From: Octopus vulgaris
Lineage: Eukaryota
Direction of reading: 5' to 3'
Assembly (NCBI GenBank): GCA_951406725.2
Contig: OX597826.1
Span: 74,772,001 to 74,836,000, forward strand
DNA: 64,000 nt
The notes under the pieces are model-generated. The model worked only from the letters and a program-made list of their open reading frames with translations, was not told the origin of the DNA and ran no database searches. Below are positions 31,190-45,260 of the stretch, piece by piece. Both the position numbers and the translations under genes were made by a program. Each line of letters opens with the position of its first letter. Position 1 is the stretch's first letter.

Positions 31190-31207
31190 TGCTGCCCTCT
31201 GGTGGCC
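31190..31207 (-). promoter_or_regulatory. Candidate CTCF motif GGCCACCAGAGGGCAGCA
   Basis: Close match to the CCASYAGRKGGCRS consensus, in non-repeat intron sequence. Motif only. Confidence 0.4.
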
Positions 31208-32914
31208 TTAATTCTTCCAGCTAATTACAAACACAAACTGGAGCAGATAATAACCGAATCCTGCTGACGAACGATTTTCTTTTGTTGGTTTATTACAAAA
31301 AAGGGTAAAACTAAAATTGATTTCAAATTTTGGTACAAGATCAGCAATTTCGGGGCAAGGAATAAATCGATTGCAACAGTCCCCAGTACTCAACTGGTAC
31401 TTGTTTTATCGACACCAAAAAGCAGAGTCTACCGCAGCGGAATTTGAACTCACAGCGTAAAGATGAACAAAACACCGCTAAGCATTTTGTCCAGTGCACT
31501 AACGATTCTGTAGTTCGGCCTTCAAAATATTGTCTTCAAATTTTGGCACAAGGCCAGCAATTTCTAGAGCGAGAGTAAGTCGATTGCATCGATCCCGAGT
31601 GCTCAGCTGGTACTTATTTTATTGACCCCGATTGGACGAAAGGCAAAGTCGACGCTGCGGAATTTGAACTCCGAGCGTAAAGATGGACGAAATGCTAACG
31701 ATTCGGCCAGCTGGCCCTTCAAAATATTCTTTTCTACTCGAGGCACAAGACCCCATTTTTTTTATTTTTCGTGGGGAGCAGTCGATTAGATCGACCCCAG
31801 TAGGCAACCGGTACTTAATTTATCGATCCTGAAAGGATGAAAGGCAAAGTCGACCTCGGCGGCGTCCTTCAAAATATTAACAACGTTTCGGAACCTAAGC
31901 CCTCTTTTTTCAGAAGTGAATCTAAATTCTACTGAAGCAGACTTAGCTACATTTTAAGAAATATACGGTGGATTTATGTTGGGTAACTTTAGAGTGCTGG
32001 AGTATGTTTACTGGAATATATATACACTGTAGGTTTGTTTCATTTGGATATCTATACAAATCCCAATGAGTTTTGGCTCCATCGTCACTCGGTCCATAAA
32101 CTAAATATTGATAACATGCTGAATTCGAGCCAGTAATACTCAACATGGATCAACCTCGGAAATAACCCCGAGAGTAAAAATAATTTAAAGGATTATTTCG
32201 AACAAGGGAAAGAATCTGATACGTATTCGAGGTGAAACAACCAGGTTTGCCTCAAATTTCTTTAATGACTCTTTGGAATTAATTCTTTTTTTTTTTTTTT
32301 TTTTTTTGAATAAATGACCAAATCTGCCGAGAGATGCCTTACCAGTGATCTTCTGCTCCCCATATTAGGGAATCAGTGACAGGGACAACAACTATGTAGC
32401 CCCCAGAAAATATTTTAAAAGAATTTTCTTTTTCTCCCGTTTCTCTTTAATTCCAATGTTTTCTGTCTTGGAATCGTTCTTTTATTTTCGTCTTTTTTTT
32501 CTTTTCTTTTCTTTTCTTTTACAAACTCTTAACAAAACAAAGTCATATATCAACATAACAGAGCCGCTAACAGTATAGTAGAACGTTCGTACCCAGGTAA
32601 GGGAGAGGGTGGTCGTTGTTGCTTTAATTATTCCCTCACCCAACATATACGCTCCGTAGCAAGGGTGCCGGTGTTAGACCGCACCTCGCAGTTAGCTGCC
32701 ATCTGAAATAACACAAGTCTTGTTTCTCGTTTTACATACACTCTCTTCCATAAATACGCCGTTATCTTTGACATCCTTAGGGTGGGCTCTTTGCTGATGG
32801 TGGGCATTGGTGAGAAGCGGGAAGGTTGGTTCCATGAAAATTATACCCTTTTTCGATTTCCCCTGAAGCGTTCAAAATATATTTGAACGCTAATTGTTAA
32901 TTATCCTTTTAACT

Positions 32915-33538
32915 ATAGGTACAAGGCCTGAAATTTGAGGTGAGTGGGCTAGTCGATTACATCGACGCCAGTGCGTAACTGGTACTTATTTAATCGACCC
33001 CGAAAGGATGAAAGTCGACCTCGGCGGAATTTGAACTCAGAACGTAGCGGCAGACGATATACCTATTTCTTTTCTACCCACAAGGGGCTAAACACAGAGA
33101 AGACAGACAAGGATAGACAAACGGATCAAGTCAATTACATCGACCCCAGTGCGTAACTGGTACTTATTTAATCGACCCCGAAAGGATAAAAGGCAAAGTC
33201 GACCTCGGCGGAATTCGAACTCAGAACGTAGCGGCAGACGAAATATCACTAAGCATTTCGCCCGGCGTGCTAACGATCCTGCTAGCTCGCCGCCTTGAGC
33301 TAATTTTTAATATTTTATTTTTAAGGCAGCGAGCTGGCAAAAACGTGAGCACGCCGGGTGAAATGTTTAGCAGAATTTCGTCTGCCGCTACGTTCTGAGT
33401 TCAAATTCCGCCGAGGTCGACTTTGCCTTTCATCCTTTTGGGATCGATAAATTAAGTACCGGTTGCGTACTGAGATCGATCTAATCGACTGGCCACCTCC
33501 CCCCAAATTTCGGGCGTTGTGTCGAGAGTAGAAAAGAA
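32915..33538. mobile_element. Head-to-head pair of SINE family B copies (32915-33295 minus, 33323-33538 plus)
   Basis: Reverse-complement match across a spacer of about 27 bp. Confidence 0.8.
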
Positions 33539-34655
33539 TAATATTTTATTTTTATGTCAAATCTGAGCTTTTTGACTCTCTATTAAGTTTATACGAGGTG
33601 GTCATCCGAATTCCTCGATTTTCGAACCACAGTACACACATTCTCCATATTCAGACCAAATTTAAATTGTCCACCTTCGCTAGGACCATTTCCAAAATCT
33701 AGAGTCTCAACGCGGTCATTTGACCTGCTAGAAAAAGCAACCAAGTCTCCCTAAAACTATACCATACCAACTTAAAGCAGAAGAAACATTTGACAATTTA
33801 GTCCTAGATATACAAAAAGAAAAAAAAAGGACGTGATGGTCAATTCTTGAACCACTTTGACCATATATCTGCTTGATTAGTTGTGAGCTGGCGATATGCA
33901 GCAAAAGCAACAAACTGGACAGTGGAGAGAGTACCTCTTCATCCTGCCATACATGACCACCTACAATCAACCAGTGCGTGTATAGATGCTGGCAGATTTT
34001 GCTCAGTCAGGGCTTGCCTAGAACTACATAACAGCACCAGCAATAACTACGTCAAGTCAAGATATGCAGTGCTCTTTTCCGATCGAGTATAACAAGAGCT
34101 TTGGATACGAGGGTCGCATCATGACAGTCAATCAACCACCACAAGGTACGTCCAATTAGACGTACCTTGTGATTGTTGTGCCTAGTTGCCACCGGAGAAG
34201 GTGTTACAAGCATGTAGCATTCTAAATAAGGGGCCTGCCATCACGGAACGTGAAAATTGTCATGCCGTCAGGCCTTTTACTGTAACCTTGGTATAGCCCC
34301 TGGTCCGAGCTAGGAAGGGAAACCTACGATGTCTAGGGCATGCGTTATTATCCCATTGAGAACAGCATAGCTTGAGTTATTTCCCTTTGTTCACTTTTTT
34401 GTAAATGAGAAATAAATGAACAAGTTGAAAACACCATAAAAACGAACGCTTAAACTCTCCGTCTTTCGTTCTACTTTACCACCAGATTTAATCCGTAATT
34501 CCCTTCCACGAGTATTCGTGCCATTTTCAATGTCTTAAATACGATTTCAAGTTTGCATTACTCCGAGGAGTTACTTGAAACACGACTGGTTCTGCACTGC
34601 AGTTCTAGCGATTACGGACATCCTTTCTCTCTCTCTCAAAGAACAAACAACTCAC

Positions 34656-34863
34656 CTGGAAAGCGCAAGCAGGTCGTCACACCAGACATTGTTGCTGATA
34701 TTAAGTGATTCAGATCACCGTAAGTAGGGGTGGTCAGCTTCAGCGTCCGGAAACAGATGTCGTACAATGCCTCGTTATCAATGCAGTAGGTTTCGTCAGT
34801 GTTTTCCACAAGTTGGTGAACTGATAACGTTGCATTGTATGGTTCTACAACAGTGTCGGAAAC
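34656..34863 (-). CDS. TUBB: Beta-tubulin exon 5 (V175-G244, [70 protein letters not shown])
   Basis: Lies at the end of ORF 34636..35352. Acceptor gcacag|GTT, donor CCAG|gtgag. 208 nt, phase 0 to 1. Confidence 0.97.
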
Positions 34864-35059
34864 CTGTGCGGGAGAAGGAAAATATACGAATATATCAGAA
34901 AGGTTAATAAAGAGAGAGAGACAGAGAGAGACAGAGAGAGACAGAGACACAGAGAGAGAGAGAGAGAGAGAGAGAAGGGGAAAGGATACAGAGCAGATAT
35001 ATTTATCAGAGAAACAGACAGAAAGGCAGACAGACAGACTGACAGATAGACAGACAGAC

Positions 35060-35143
<84 letters not shown>

Positions 35144-35180
35144 GGACGGACGGACGGACGGACGGACGGACGGACGGACG

Positions 35181-35282
<102 letters not shown>

Positions 35283-35834
35283 CAGACAGCTGTGGCGCAC
35301 AAGAACACTTTTGACTGTTTTTATACATAACATGTCTTCGCCCTGATTTCATCTTTGTTATTCACTGCGTAGTTTTAAATTTCAAAACAAATCACTCCTA
35401 AATGACACGACACTGCACAAACACAATAATTATGAGGATAATTAACTTCAATTAATGCTTTAAAGAATTTATGTATAGACGCAGGAGTGATTGTGTGGGA
35501 AGTAGCTTGCTTACCAACCTGATTCCAGGTTCAGTCCCACTGCGTGGAACTTTGGGCAAGTGTCTTCTACTATAGCCTCGCACCGAACAGAACTTTGTGA
35601 GTGGATTTGGGAGACGGAAACTTAAAGAAGACTCTCGTATGTATATATATATATATATATATATATAAAAGGAAATGAAGAAAATGCTGACAAAATCATT
35701 TAAGTAATTTAAGTAATTTAATTAGGTGAAAGTTCTTTTTACCGGTTGTGCATTTGTTATGCTTATCAAAAGATCAGAGTTCCTTTCTGATAGATTTTTT
35801 CCTCTTATCTGACTTTATGTTGGGTTTGCTGACT

Positions 35835-35939
<105 letters not shown>

Positions 35940-35948
35940 GCACACACA

Positions 35949-36824
35949 CTAGCTGAGGTACCCGGTAATTCCCAGGAAAGCGGGGCTTATCTGTTGGTTC
36001 CGTTCTCATAATTGTTTCACTAATCCAATAACAACAATACAAAGTATGTAGCCCTTAAACCGGGTTTTTTTTGCATTTACAGAGAATACCGGACAGTCTT
36101 ACACAGGATCTTGTTTTTAAGAATTCCCAATAAGTTATGAATATCCAAATTGTGAAGTCAGTTAATAACATGAAATTAGTTACCCGGTAGCAAGAATTCA
36201 AATAAAGTAGCCCCGAAAAGAGCTTTAATGCGTTCCCAGAGAATATAGAAATTAAGAGGAAATACTAATAAGGTATGTACACTAAAATCGTGAAGCATGT
36301 TACGTAATAACAGGCTAATCAGATATGAGATAATAACAATTCAAAGTAAATAACTCTGAAAAGGGCTTTTGTGCATTCCCAGAGAATATTACCCTCAGCG
36401 GCGCTAGTGTTGGTATATTCGTGAATAAGTCGCTAACCTAAATAAGTGGATCTATTTTTTAGGAAAATACTATTTACTTGTTTAAGGGTTGTACTGGATA
36501 AATTGCGAAAATAACTCAACAGTTCAAATACTAAGAAATAAACATACTCAATTTGATTTATAACAAATAATATAGGAAAATGAATGGGTTATATCCCCCG
36601 GCTGTTAAAATGAAATATATTAGATATATATATATATATATATATATAATATCCCTTCAAGGGGCCCTATTATTGATTTTTTCAACAATCTGAGTATGTC
36701 ATGATGTTTCCAGACATGAGTTCTACTCACGTGTCAAGTTTCATCAAAATCGATAAAACTATGTAGGAGGAGTTAGATAACAACACCACACATACACCCA
36801 AAGACAGAATTTTCCACATATGTG

Positions 36825-36830
<6 letters not shown>
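35949..36830 (-). mobile_element. Non-autonomous Helitron-like element inserted in a SINE A microsatellite
   Basis: 3' end CTAG|T at 35949 with a CCCGG..CCAGG hairpin. The 5' region CGATTTTGATGAAACTTG is typical. SINE A halves lie at 35479-35640 and 36900-37080. Confidence 0.6.
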
Positions 36831-36900
<70 letters not shown>

Positions 36901-37225
36901 GTGTGTGTGTGTTTGTCCCCCCAACATCGCTTGACAACCTTAGCGGTTCGGCAAAATAGACCGATAGAATAAATACTAGGCTTACAAAGAATAAGTCCTG
37001 GGGTCGATTTGCTCGACTAAATGCGGTGCTCCAGCATGGCCGCAGTCAAATGGCTGAAACAAGTAAAAGAGTAAAAGAGTATATGCTTATAGTACGCATG
37101 TATATATATTTATATCTGTGTATGTGTGTGTGCGTGCGTGCATGTATTGTATAGTATATATGTATATATGCTCATTGTATTTATGTATATGTGTTTATAT
37201 ATGTATGTGTGTGTCTGTGTGCATC

Positions 37226-37495
37226 GCCTGGCCCCGTGCCGGTGACACGTAAAAGCACCATCCGTTCGTGGCCGTTTGCCAGCTCTGTCTGGCACCTGTG
37301 CAGGTGGCACGTAAAAAGCACCCACTACACTCACGGAGTGGTTGGCGTTAGGAAGGGCATCCAGCTGTAGAAACACTGCCAGATCTGACTGGGCCTGACG
37401 AAGCCTTCCAGCTTCACAGACCCCAGTTGAACCGTCCAACCCATGCTAGCATGGAGAACGGACGCTAAATGATGATGATGATGATGATGATGATG
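37226..37495 (+). mobile_element. Short retroelement with an RTE-like 3' end and (GAT)n tail
   Basis: GGTTGGCGTTAGGAAGGGCATCCAGC...GGACGCTAAA(TGA)n. A partial inverted relative lies at about 38720-38850. Confidence 0.65.
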
Positions 37496-37884
37496 TTTAT
37501 ATATGCGTGTATGTGTGTGTGGTGTATTTGTGTGTGTGTGCGTAATATTTGTGGCCCTGTGCTTGTCTTTCTGCGCCGGTTAACTCAAAAGTTACGAAAG
37601 GAGTACCTAGAAAACCGCATGCATCATAATTTACCATCCATCTTTACAGCATCAATCTGTTTGGATTCGTTCTGAAATATGTGTAAACAGGTATTATGCG
37701 TGCGCGCTCGTAAGTGGGTGTCTTCGTGTGTGTGTGTGTGTGTGTGTGTGTGGAGGGCGTCCCATGATTGATGTATGTATATTCTGGCAACATAAACAGA
37801 CAAAAACCAGCTGGACTGAACTGGGTTATAATCCAAAAAGAACGCCAACATTCTCTGTAATCATTATATATATACGTGTGTGTG

Positions 37885-37965
<81 letters not shown>

Positions 37966-38013
37966 ACTGTATATAATATGCATGTATATACATACATATA
38001 TATATATACATAC

Positions 38014-38068
<55 letters not shown>

Positions 38069-38169
38069 TAATATATATATACATATATATATACATACAT
38101 ATATATGTATATATGCATACATATATGCATATATATATGCATATATATACATACACGCATTTGTTTATG

Positions 38170-38231
<62 letters not shown>

Positions 38232-38356
38232 TGTATGTACGCATGTATGTATGTATGTATGTATGTACCAAATATATTTGTGTTATTAAAAGGAAGTTGC
38301 ACAAGAATGAAGATAAACCGACAGACAGACAGACAAGCTGAAGCTTTTTTGCTCAC

Positions 38357-38601
38357 CTTTGGAGATGGAACCACAGAAAAAGTGTTCATTATGCGATCTG
38401 GGTACTCTTCTCGAATCTTGCTAATAAGCAGGGTTCCAAGTCCTGCACCGGTTCCACCTCCCAAAGAATGTGTCAGCTGGAAGCCTTGTATGCAGTCGCA
38501 ACTTTCTGCCTCTTTTCGAACGACGTCCAGCACCGAATCTATAAGTTCTGCTCCTTCTGTATAATGGCCTTTCGCCCAGTTGTTACCAGCGCCACTTTGA
38601 C
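38357..38601 (-). CDS. TUBB: Beta-tubulin exon 4 (G93-K174) containing the tubulin signature, here GGGTGAGLG
   Basis: Overlaps ORF 38165..38533. Acceptor ttccag|GT CAA, donor AAG|gtgagc. 245 nt, phase 1 to 0. Confidence 0.97.
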
Positions 38602-39693
38602 CTGGAAGAGAAATTTATAGATTATAGTCGATAACAACTTTCATCAATGTATAGGAACCATCAAATTATATATGATGTAGTTAGTGTTTCAAATTCTACA
38701 GCCGATTTTTATTTATAAAATCCTCATCATCGTCGTCGTCGTTTTAACGTCCACTTTCCCATGCATTAATGGGGGTCAAAACGGGTTTTAACGAGTCAGA
38801 TTTTCTTCGGCCGGATGCCCTTTCTGTCGTCAACCCTCACACATTTCCAAGCGAGGCAACTCATGTTTTCACGAAGGGCTGGAACCAAAAAAGCACCACT
38901 TGAAGAGTGACACTCGTTTACAACTATCACACGACGTCGAGACAAGGGCACACACACACACACACGCACACAAACTCACACTCTCTCACACACACAAATG
39001 CACACACATGCACACACGCAGATATATATATATATACATGCACCCAACCATATACATATATATATAATACATATATACATATATATGTGTGTGTGTGTGG
39101 AGAGATAGAGAGAGAGAGAGAGAGAGAGAACATGGGCCTTGACTTAATACTTCCTTATATCAAGTGCTACATATGTTTCAGTATCCAGTAACACATGATG
39201 TTACACAATAAATACAACCAGTCGTTGCACCCTACAGAGTCTGTCTAAGTACAGTCAAGTGTCATATTGTAGTTACTTGTTGCTTATCGCTGCAACGACC
39301 TTCCCCACAATATAAATGACTATGGTGTGAACCCTTAAGAGTTTCTGTAATATAATAACATTTTTGAAATCATATATAAGACGGAAAACAATGAAAAGAT
39401 AGCGTTTAGCAAAGTTCTACAATGCAAAATACAACTAAGAAGTATTTATACACACACACACACACACACATATAGTAAGAGAGGGAGAGAGAGAGAAGGG
39501 GAGGGAAGATAGAGGCAGACAGATCGACAGACAGACAGGGATTTCAACGTATTGAATTTAAAATATTATATCAAGAGAAAAATGGGAGATTGAATTTGGC
39601 GCTGATCTGCGTAAATGCATGAGGAAAGTGAAAAGAGTGTGACATGCGCAGATGGGTAGTGTTTTATGAGCCAATCAACGTCATGTGTGTGCG

Positions 39694-39726
<33 letters not shown>

Positions 39727-41546
39727 CTGCATGTGTGTACATTTCGCCCGGCGTGCTAACGTTTCTGCCAGCTTACCGCCTTCATATATGTATAATGGAA
39801 AAGTACAGAGGGACGGCAAAAATAAATTACGACAAAACCAAGAAAAACATACATATATAAAGAGAGAGGGGGATACGGGGAGGAAGGGAGAGTGGGGGAA
39901 GAGAGGAGAGGGGGAGAAGATGGGTATTGTTCCCTCTGGGTTGGATGCCACCAGTGCACACAACAAATTAATGCGCACTCCATAGGTTTGTTGCCTAAAA
40001 TAAAGCAATAATTAATAATTGTATTTATCATTTATTATATTATTGTTTATTACCAACATCTATTTATTACATATTCACTGTATGAATATATTTGGCAGGG
40101 GAGAAATGTGCAACGTAAGATTCTGTGCACCCCAACTACTAAAAATTAGAAGAAAAAATTGAACCCCTGGGGATGTGTTTATATTATATCTATGGCGCCT
40201 GGACCCTTTGATGGATTTCATCCAAACCGGAAGTCGTATATTAAGATGAATTATATTTAGATATGAACCGAAGAAACGTGTGTCTGTTTGGGTGAAATAG
40301 AACAGATTATCAAAACTGAAGGATAGAAACGCTGAATTTAAATTATTTTAATAGCTTAGCCGAGATATAAACACAGACGCACTAAATGACTGGTACATTA
40401 TAAGGAAGTGTCTTACGTGATGCCAGACACAACAATAACTACGACTGCAACGAGATATTTAACTAAAACAACCCAAATACTATAGAGTCAACAACAGTAA
40501 AATCAAATAAAAACAATGAAATCTGATATTGGCTTTTAGATAATAAATAAAAAGAAAACGAAATGATTAAGAGAAACTATGGTGTTTGTTTTAAAATGGC
40601 TGCAGTATACTTCCGGTAAAGTCAGTTTTGCAAGTAAAGAGGTTTTGTGTACATGTAACATATGCTGTGGCAGTTAGTGCGGTGTTTAATTATTTATCTG
40701 ACGTTCCTAAGCTGCATTCGACATTCGTTTCTACACGTTTTAATGCGTTTGTTTATTTTCTTCTGCTGTTGCTAAAACTGATCACGCCCTCAAATACTTA
40801 TGGTTTATGGTTGTTGGCATTGACTTCTGACACAAAACTTTGCGAGGGTGAGAAAAGAAGTAACTTAAAACACACACACACACACACACAAGACGGAGGA
40901 GTCAGACAAGAGTCCGAGAGTCAAATTGAGAGTACAGAATCAGAAAGACTAACAGTGAAGTAGACAGACACATACAGTAAAGAATGCCTCGATGTACGAA
41001 TTAATTTGTTCCCGGAGACCGATCGTATCGTAAAGCAGAGCAATAATTTCTCATAGTAGCAATGTTATATGAATCGTAATTCGTTCCCAGAAAAATATTT
41101 TACCAGTAAAATTTAAAATACTCGTAAATAAATGGCAATAAAACAACAGTAGAATGTAAAGAATATTTTATGTAAAGTAAAAACAATGTCAAGATCATTT
41201 ATAATAAAAAAAATTATTATAATTATAATCATTTTCTGAATCACTTTCCCTCGCACTAGACTCGTGCACACCATCACATGTAGACGCGATTGCCGATTCA
41301 CAAGTACTCGTAGACAGACTTGTAGATTTCTTTTTAAAAACAAGTCTAGAGTTGTTTGCTTAGAAGAGGCTTTTTTTTTTCGCTCTCTATAAATTTCTCG
41401 GTAACACCCAAAAGCAATTGTTATGGTAGTAGAAATTTGGATCTTGCGCTTGAAAAATTTATTATAAAATAAAACTCGTAAACCCAGGGTCTCGTAAAGT
41501 GAGATATTACTGCATATGCTGACAGACAGATAAGTACACAGATACT

Positions 41547-41937
41547 GTGGAGGCGCAATGGCCCAGTGGTTAGGGCCGCGGACTCGCGGTCATAGGATCG
41601 CGGTTTCGATTCCCAGACCGGGCGTTGTGAGTGTTTATTGAGCGAAAACACCTAAAAAGCTCCACGAGGCTCCGGCAGGGGATGGTGGTGATCCCTGCTG
41701 TACTCTTTCACCACAACTTTCTCTCACCCTTACTTCCTGTTTCTGTTGTACCTGTATTTCAAAGGGCCGACCTTGTCACTCTCTGTGTCACGCTGAATAT
41801 CCCCGAGAACTACGTTAAGGGTACACGTGTCTGTGGAGTGCTCAGCCATTTATACGTTAATTTCACGAGCAGGCTGTTCCGTTGATCGGATCAACCGGAA
41901 CCCTCATCGTCGTAACCGACGGAGTGCTTCCACCACC
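41547..41937 (+). mobile_element. SINE family C with perfect 11-bp TSD
   Basis: TSD ACACAGATACT at 41536-41546 and 41938-41948. Confidence 0.92.
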
Positions 41938-42078
41938 ACACAGATACTCAAGTAGAAAAGCAATTAGATACAGGGGACAGGTAATTAGAAAGGCAATGAG
42001 ATACAGGGGACAGACAGTCAGACAGATGCTCAGCCAAGCAGACGGAGAGAGAAAAACTATTGGACTGACAAGTTAAAT

Positions 42079-42693
42079 CAGCGATTCCTAACCATTTTTC
42101 TTTCCATCTGGACCATCTTGGTTCTTATTTTATTCAGCTGTATTCCCTAATCCATTCGATGTTTTAAAAAATCCCATTTTATTTTTTAAATTAATTATTG
42201 AGAATTCTTTCTTTTATCTTTTTGTTTCTGTCATTGGACTGCGGCCATGCTGTAGCACCGCCTCGAAGAATTATTAGCCAAATGAATCGACCCAGGACTT
42301 CCTTTGTTTTTTTTAATTTTATTTTTAAGACTGGTACTTATTCTATCGGTCCCTTATACCGCACCGTTAAGTTACGGGGACATAAACACACCAACACCAT
42401 TTCTCAACTAGTGGTAGGGACAAAGACACACACACATATATATGTATACATGCATATATACATATATACATATATATACATATATGTGTGGGGTGGGGAC
42501 CACGTGTGTATCGTTGGTGATTTTCTTTCTCCGTCTGCCCTTCTTTGGACTTTTTCTATATTTCTGATGAAGAGCTCCGCTCGAAACGTGAAATCCTCTT
42601 TCTTTTCTTTCCTTTCCTGGGCGTCCAATAACCCTGTACTTATTCCACATCCTCGTGTTATTGTTTTTTCTTGCTTGTTCATGTTTGGATTGA

Positions 42694-42726
<33 letters not shown>

Positions 42727-43034
42727 TATATATATATACGACGAGCTTCTTTCAGTTTCCGTCTACCAAATCCGCTCACAATGCTTTGGTCGGCCCGAGA
42801 CTGTAATAGAAGCCACTTGGCCAAAGTGTCACGTAGTGGGACTGAACTCAGAACCATGTGGTTGAGAAGCAAGCTCCTTACCACTCAGTCACTCCTGCGC
42901 CTAATTGTATTTAAAAAATTGTTAAAATATTTTGTGTATTATAGAAGCATAACTAATTTATTGCAGATAAACTTTAACAGCGAAATCTTATACGGATCCT
43001 TAAGGGTCGAGTGGACCCCAGTTGAGAAACACTG
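42079..43034. mobile_element. hAT-type MITE hosting a nested SINE A and a PLE-like fragment
   Basis: Ends CAGCGATTCCTAAC / GTTGAGAAACACTG. TSD AGTTAAAT/AGATAAAT (7 of 8). Confidence 0.6.
42560..42594 (+). ncRNA. Minimal hammerhead motif with GUG cleavage triplet, probably inactive
   Basis: ATTT-CTGATGA-A-GAGC(TCC)GCTC-GAAA-CGTG-AAAT. Confidence 0.6.
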
Positions 43035-44791
43035 AGATAAATAGTCCGATAGATAAGGTAAAATCGGAAATCCATAGAAACAGTAGTAAGGAATCTAAGG
43101 GTCTACATTTTGGCTTTTCGTCAGAGAGTGAGGAAGAGAGAAAATGTGTTGGAAAATTGGTGTCGCTTTTGGTTGCAGGTTAACTAGAAAAAGAAAAAAA
43201 AAAAACAATTGCGCGGATTGCGGCCGTACTTTATCTTTCTAACTCTTGCACCAAGGGCAAGAACCTGATACATTAGACACTTCAATCTCCTACAAAAAGT
43301 CCGATAAATAGACAGAAAGTCAATCAGTCAAGAAGAGAAGCGGACATGCAAGCAGGCAGAAAAGCAGACAAACAGACAGGTGCACGTGCATACAGACGGT
43401 CGATCAGACAGGACACAGGAGCATAAGACAGTACACAGGACACAAGAGCTTGAGGGTAGACAGTTTAAAGTAACAACTCATTAAGGCTAACATAAAGAGA
43501 ACCATACTAAGAAAGCTTCTGATGTAATCCGATGAGATGAAAAGCCAGGGTGTGGTAAAATGGAAATAATCAAATTTGACTTGGTGTTCCGATACCCAAC
43601 GTTTTGAAATGTGATAACAACGTTCTGATTAGAGGCAACCCATTAGGCCATCATTCTGATAAACAGATTATAGTAAATGAGTGGACATTGAAAGGGTGAG
43701 AGGAAGATCGGTTGATTTTGAAATAGGATAAAGCTGTTGCAAAAGCCCTATTTGACAAGAATTCTCCCTGAAAACAGCGCATTTAGCTTTTAAAAAATGT
43801 TCTGGAATATCTTAAACAGATATCCTTGAAAAATATGTCTAACACATGGTCTATTTAGTGTTCAGGTGTTTTTTCTCAAGCAATAAACTAGATTTTATAA
43901 ATATTTTTCACTCGGAAGTAGACTAAAAGTTACGTACAGATTCTATTTTTGAGTATATTCCAAATTTTAATTAAATAGTGTGGTTCTTATCCCAATACAC
44001 TTTAGATAAATCTCGACTAAATATCTCGTGGTTAACAACTTACAGCGGGGATAGTATGATAACATATCTCATGGTTAAAGAGATACGCCCGTCACTAGTA
44101 AAAGACCGATATTTAGTAAAAGATATTTTAGGAGGCGTGTATTTTTAGGGGTGTTTATACATCTTAAACGATGTTAATGATACAAGTGAAGCAGACTCAA
44201 ACGAGAAGCGAAACTGAGTCTGAAACTGAAGCATGGGAAGCTTGACATCGAACAATGGCAACGTTTGTTGGGAAGGGTTGTCGATTGAATAATACCAGCG
44301 GCTTCTTCTTCTTCACCCTTTTCATGCATAGCCAGGCTCATGGGCCCGGTTTCCCAGTTTCTATGGTGTATGTGTTCCCCCCAGCTGGACGGGATGCCAG
44401 TCCATCGTAGCGTTACTCAAGAACCAGGAAGAGAAAGTGAGAGAAAGTTGTGGTGAAAGAGTACAACAGGGGTCGCTACCACTCCTTGCGGGAGCCTCGT
44501 GAAGCTTTTAGGTGTTTTCGCTCAATAAACACACACAACGCCCGGTCTGGGAATCGAAACCGCGATCCTCCGACCGCGAGTCCGCTGCCCTAACACAACT
44601 AAATTATTATTTCTTTATTTCCCAGCTGGAGGAGGTGTCCTCCTGGGGCTACAAGCTACAGTAGCATCCACCCTTAGTGGTTAGCCACATTTAAGTGGCA
44701 AATATACTTCACAATGTTGTGCAGCTACTGTTTATACCTCGCTCAGAGATTTAGTATCTATATAAATGTTTTCGAATATTTATTCATTTAG

Positions 44792-44859
<68 letters not shown>

Positions 44860-45107
44860 TGTCGACGTCATAAGAATGTAGAAACTTCGAGTGAACGTGA
44901 AATAACTTTTTCGGAACGGTGGATCTCGAAACAGATAAAGGTATAAATAGCGTGTAAATTATTGGGATAAAAAAAAAGTCTGGGACAGAAAAGGTCGAAA
45001 GTTGGTTTTTAACCCAATATTTACACCCTGTTAAATACAAAAGTGTGTATGTGTGTGAGGATGGATGGATGGATGGATGGATGGATGGATGGTGGGATGG
45101 ATGATTA

Positions 45108-45260
<153 letters not shown>

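Noticed and set aside
31878-31918. HHR-like CTGAAAA...GAAACGTT on the minus strand
   Set aside because: The core is broken and stem I does not pair.
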